From Planctomycetota bacterium (GTDB lineage: Bacteria; Planctomycetota; UBA1135; UBA2386): 64,000 bases of DNA. The stretch lies in the NCBI GenBank assembly GCA_965228735.1, contig OZ245838.1, positions 320,001 to 384,000 on the forward strand. The letters run 5' to 3'. The notes under the pieces are model-generated. The model worked only from the letters and a program-made list of their open reading frames with translations. It made no database searches and was not told the DNA's origin. Of the stretch, positions 60,384-64,000 are shown one piece after another. A program made the position numbers and the translations under genes. How positions within the stretch are numbered: position 1 is the first letter of the stretch; each line of letters starts with the position of its first letter.

Positions 60384-61754
60384 CTACCCGACCGTCGGTG
60401 GTTCGAACCCGTGACGATACGCCCGGCGCACGATCGTCCGGGTCGCTTCGTCGTGACCGTCGAACGCGAGCCTCGCCTTGTTCCATCGCAGGTCGACGCC
60501 GGGGAAGCGCGTCGCCTTCGTCGCGAGCAGCGCCGGTTCCGTGATGCGGATCGCCTGGGCGAACGGCGTGCGCAGCTCGACGTCCTTGCCGAGGCAGTTG
60601 TCGACCCAGCAATGCCAGTGGTTGAGTTCGGGAAAGTCGGGCAGGTCGGGCTCGTCGAGGCCCTTGGTCATCACGCCATCGCGCCAGATCTCGAGCCGGC
60701 CGCCCGCGCCGAGCACGAGCGTGCCCTCCTCGCAGACGACGCACGTGCCGTTGCCGTCGAGCCACGCACCGTCGGGGATACGGAGGTCCTCGAACGACGC
60801 CTTCTGGCCGTGATCGTTGTAGTGGATCGTGAACGTGCCGCTGGCGAACCGCGGCGAGTCGACCGCATACGTGATCTGTGAGCGGCAGCCGTGCACGTGG
60901 AAGTTCGCGTCCGGCGCCTCGTCGCAGTCCGTGCGCACGCCGATCGGCGAGGTGAGTTCGTCGTAGCCGAACAGCACGACGTCGAGAATGTGGCAGCCCC
61001 AGTCGCCGAGGCCGTTGGTCCCGTATTCCCACCAGGACCGCCACTTGATCGGCGCGAGCTCGTCGCGATACGGCGCCTCGGCGCAGGGACCGAGCCAGAG
61101 GTCCCAGTCGAGATGGCTCGGCGGGGGACTCGGCTCGTGCAGCGTGCGGTTGAAGTTGAAGTAGCGGCCCTCGTTGGGCGCCCCGGTCCAACAGTGCGCC
61201 TTGATCGCGCGGCCGAGCCGGCCTTCGCGCAGGATCTCGACGGCCGCGCGGCGACCGGGGAACACCATGCGCTGGTTGCCGAGCTGGGTGACGAGGTCCG
61301 GCTTGGCGGCGACGGCGCGCTCCATCAGCACGAGCTCCTCGAGCTGCTGCACGAGCGGCTTCTGGCCGTAGACGTGCTTGTCGTGCGCAAACGCCGTGAG
61401 CATGATCGGCGCGTGCGAGTGGTCGGGCGTCGAGACGATCACCGCGTCGAACTCGTCGCTGTGGTGCGCGAACGCGGCGCGGTAGTCCCGACACGTGAAC
61501 GCGCCGGGGTGTTCCTGGCGCGCCTTCTCGAGCTGTTGATCGTCGACGTCGCAGAGGCCGACGATATCGGCGCGCGGGTGCTTCGCGATCTCGCGCCGAT
61601 CGCGCTGGCCGATCGTGCCGACGACGCCGATCGACAGCACGCGCAGGCGGTCGGGGCGCAGCCGGCGGGGGCCCGACTGGCAGCCGGCGGCGAGGGCACC
61701 GAGCGAGACGGCGGTGGAACCGAGGAACGTCCGACGAGAGTGGCGACCGCGCAT
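60384..61754 (-). CDS. Gfo/Idh/MocA-family oxidoreductase, Tat signal
   Basis: 'SRRTFL', 'LCDVD', 'STPDHSH', 'HVYGQKPL', 'LDWDLWLGP', 'LGDWGCHILD'; true start ATG 61754 (ORF-track extension overlaps the next gene). Confidence 0.9.
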   Translation of the reverse strand: MRGRHSRRTFLGSTAVSLGALAAGCQSGPRRLRPDRLRVLSIGVVGTIGQRDRREIAKHPRADIVGLCDVDDQQLEKARQEHPGAFTCRDYRAAFAHHSDEFDAVIVSTPDHSHAPIMLTAFAHDKHVYGQKPLVQQLEELVLMERAVAAKPDLVTQLGNQRMVFPGRRAAVEILREGRLGRAIKAHCWTGAPNEGRYFNFNRTLHEPSPPPSHLDWDLWLGPCAEAPYRDELAPIKWRSWWEYGTNGLGDWGCHILDVVLFGYDELTSPIGVRTDCDEAPDANFHVHGCRSQITYAVDSPRFASGTFTIHYNDHGQKASFEDLRIPDGAWLDGNGTCVVCEEGTLVLGAGGRLEIWRDGVMTKGLDEPDLPDFPELNHWHCWVDNCLGKDVELRTPFAQAIRITEPALLATKATRFPGVDLRWNKARLAFDGHDEATRTIVRRAYRHGFEPPTVG

Positions 61755-61794
61755 GATGCGACGGTAGCGCCGAAGGATAGGCTTGTCCCCAACG

Positions 61795-62565
61795 ATGGTC
61801 GCGATCCTCAGCCTGCTCCTCATCGTCACGCTCTCGATCGTCGTGACCCGCGTCGCGACGGTCGCGCTCATCCACACCGGGTTGTCCCGGGAGTCGGCGC
61901 GGTTCCAGGCGCGGTCCGCGTTCACCGGAGCCGGGTTCACGACCTCGGAATCGGAGCGCGTCGTGCAGCATCCCGTGCGGCGGCGGATCGTGATGGTGCT
62001 CATGCTGCTCGGTAACGCCGGGATCGTGACGGCGATGTCCTCGTTGATCCTGACGTTCGTCCGGGAGGAGGAGTCGGGCTCGGAGACCGGGCTGTTCTGG
62101 AAGCTCGGTCTGCTCGTCGTCGGTGTCGCCGGGCTGTGGGCGTTTGCCACCAGCGCCTGGGTGGATCGTCACCTGTCCAACTTCATCGAACGCATGATGG
62201 GCAGGTACGCGGCGCTGGAGGTGAAGGACTACACGAGTCTGATGCACCTGGCGGGCGACTATCGGCTGGCGGAGTTGAGCGTCGCCGAAGGCGACTGGCT
62301 CGACGGCAAGAGGCTCGGCGAGGCGTTGCTGCGCGACGAAGGGGTCGTCGTGCTCGGGATCACGAGGCCGGATGGTGGTTACCTCGGAACGCCTGGCGGC
62401 GACACGGAGGTGCATGGCGGCGACGTCCTGTTGACCTACGCGAGGGTCGCGGCGTTGGAGCGGATCGAGGAGCGCAAGGCGGGAGTCGCCGGCGACGTGG
62501 ATCACGAGGCGGCTGCCGATGAGCATGAAGAAGTGAAGCTCGACGAGCGCGAGGAGGATGAATGA
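61795..62565 (+). CDS. Membrane protein with TrkA C-terminal (RCK_C) domain
   Basis: 'TGLSRESARFQARSAFTGAGFTTSESE...HPVRRRI', C-terminal 'GKRL.E..LRDEGVVVLGI.R...GDVL'. Confidence 0.85.
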   Translation: MVAILSLLLIVTLSIVVTRVATVALIHTGLSRESARFQARSAFTGAGFTTSESERVVQHPVRRRIVMVLMLLGNAGIVTAMSSLILTFVREEESGSETGLFWKLGLLVVGVAGLWAFATSAWVDRHLSNFIERMMGRYAALEVKDYTSLMHLAGDYRLAELSVAEGDWLDGKRLGEALLRDEGVVVLGITRPDGGYLGTPGGDTEVHGGDVLLTYARVAALERIEERKAGVAGDVDHEAAADEHEEVKLDEREEDE

Positions 62566-63524
62566 GCCAGTCCAGCATGGTGGGCGACGCCCCGCGCGTC
62601 GGACTGGATCGCATGATCCGTCACCTCGCCGGCACTCTTGCGTTGGCAACGATCTGTCGGGCGCAGGAACCGAAGCCGTCGCCGGCAGCGAAGTCGGGGT
62701 TCCGCGAGCAGACCGAGGTCTACAAGACGATCGGGGACGTCCAGCTGCGGATCCACGTTCTGACACCGACCGCGGAGTCCGCGTCGAAGCCAGGGCGTCC
62801 CGCGGTCGTATTCTTCTTCGGCGGCGGTTGGAATGGCGGGCGCATCGAGCAGTTTCGGCCGCAGGCGGAGTACATGGCGAGCCGCGGGATGATCGCGGCG
62901 CTCGCGGACTATCGCGTGCGGTCGCGGCACGGGACGACGCCGTTTGCGTGCGTTGCGGACGGCAAGAGCGCGGTGCGGTGGTTGCGAACGCACAGCGAGC
63001 GGCTCGGGATCGACCCGCGGCGCATCGCGGCCGCGGGCGGTTCGGCCGGGGGCCACGTCGCGGCGACGACCGGAGTCGTTCCGGGGCTCGAGGAGGTCGG
63101 TGAGTCGACCGCGGTCAGCTCGCGCGCGGACGCCCTCGTGCTGTTCAACCCGGTGTTCGACAACGGCCCCGGCGGCTACGGCCACGAGCGGCTCGGCGAT
63201 CGTTGGCGCGAGATCTCGCCGCTGCACAACATCGCAGAGGACGCGCCGCCAACCATCGTGTTCCTCGGGACGAAGGACAGCCTGATCCCGGTCGCGACCG
63301 GGAAGCGCTACCGCGATCGCATGCGGGCGGTCGGTGCGCGGTGTGACCTGCACCTCTACGAGGGCCAGCCGCACGGGTTCTTCAACCAGAACCGCAACGC
63401 CCGGTGCTTCGCCCTGACGGTGCGGGAGATGGACCGGTTCTTCGGCTCGCTCGGCTGGCTCGAGGGCGAACCGACGATCCCGGTCCCGGAAGTGAAGCCG
63501 GCGAAGGGCGCCGGCAGGCGCTAA
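62562..63524 (+). CDS. Alpha/beta hydrolase (esterase/lipase-like)
   Basis: 'FFGGGW', nucleophile elbow GGSAGG, 'GTKD', 'HGF'; ATGA overlap with the upstream stop. Confidence 0.88.
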   Translation: MSQSSMVGDAPRVGLDRMIRHLAGTLALATICRAQEPKPSPAAKSGFREQTEVYKTIGDVQLRIHVLTPTAESASKPGRPAVVFFFGGGWNGGRIEQFRPQAEYMASRGMIAALADYRVRSRHGTTPFACVADGKSAVRWLRTHSERLGIDPRRIAAAGGSAGGHVAATTGVVPGLEEVGESTAVSSRADALVLFNPVFDNGPGGYGHERLGDRWREISPLHNIAEDAPPTIVFLGTKDSLIPVATGKRYRDRMRAVGARCDLHLYEGQPHGFFNQNRNARCFALTVREMDRFFGSLGWLEGEPTIPVPEVKPAKGAGRR

Positions 63525-64000
63525 CGCGGAGCTGCCGCCGGCGCCGGCGCGAGCTGCAGCCGGCGGACGACGCCTCGGGAGTGGCGCGTGAGAAGCGGGT
63601 CGGTGTCGGGTCGGGCGAGCAGATCGCGATAGAGCTGCACGGCGGCCTCGCGGTCGTTGGTGACGCCGAACACGAAGTCCTTCCGGAACGCGCTGCGCTG
63701 GTAATCGGGCAGCACGTCGAGGCAGAGCTCGTAGCCGTTGTCGAGCAGGCGTTGGCGCGTGACCGGGTGGTAGTCCAGCACGAACGTCTCACCGCGCGGC
63801 GGCGGGAAGCGGCCCGTCTTCTGCTGCATGCCGAACCACTCCCAGTCGGCGACGAGGCCGTCGAGGTTGGTGACGTGACCGCCGGCGAAGTAGTTCACGA
63901 GGCCCGCGCTGTAGGCGCCGATCGTGCCGTAGCGCGCGAGGTCGACGTCCTTGACCCAGCGTCCGAGCTCGGCGAGCCGGCTCTTCTCGGTGCGATAGAG
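63521..64000 (-). CDS. C-terminal part of a probable GT-C-type membrane glycosyltransferase (partial)
   Basis: Frame open from 64000: LYRTEKSRLAELGRWV...IGAYSAGLVNYFAGGHVTNLDGLV, resembling the soluble C-terminal domain of GT-C-like proteins. Confidence 0.5.
   Translation of the reverse strand, partial: LYRTEKSRLAELGRWVKDVDLARYGTIGAYSAGLVNYFAGGHVTNLDGLVADWEWFGMQQKTGRFPPPRGETFVLDYHPVTRQRLLDNGYELCLDVLPDYQRSAFRKDFVFGVTNDREAAVQLYRDLLARPDTDPLLTRHSRGVVRRLQLAPAPAAAPR

Overview
High-GC window, most likely from a Planctomycetota genome. This is inferred from a PSCyt/DUF1549/DUF1553 + DUF1501 pair, a MoxR-DUF58-BatA-vWA-PQQ-prenyltransferase-repeat cluster, TPR Ser/Thr kinases and a kinase-associated ECF sigma factor. 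About 45 plausible genes were identified; family calls come from motif recognition only, with no database searches. Main highlights: (1) A nested mobile element at 19692-24508. A 34-bp perfect inverted repeat (REP-like) is split by a group II intron (19710-24444) whose EBS1 is complementary to that repeat, and the intron RT gene is itself interrupted by an intact IS3 (4-bp TSD) and an intact IS256 (8-bp TSD). (2) A translationally coupled operon encoding a BtaA/DUF3419-like SAM enzyme, a heme-oxygenase-like diiron oxidase and a GNAT, a candidate undescribed biosynthetic module. (3) An orphan single-chain TssB-TssC (T6SS sheath) fusion. (4) A second REP-like family flanking a DUF899 gene. (5) At least 11 genes with TANNNT 6-7 nt before the start codon, suggesting leaderless transcription. 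(6) Tandem paralog pairs, an FtsB/DivIC-like gene near eno, and a 40-codon copy of a beta-barrel C-terminus. No rRNA, tRNA or CRISPR array was recognised.
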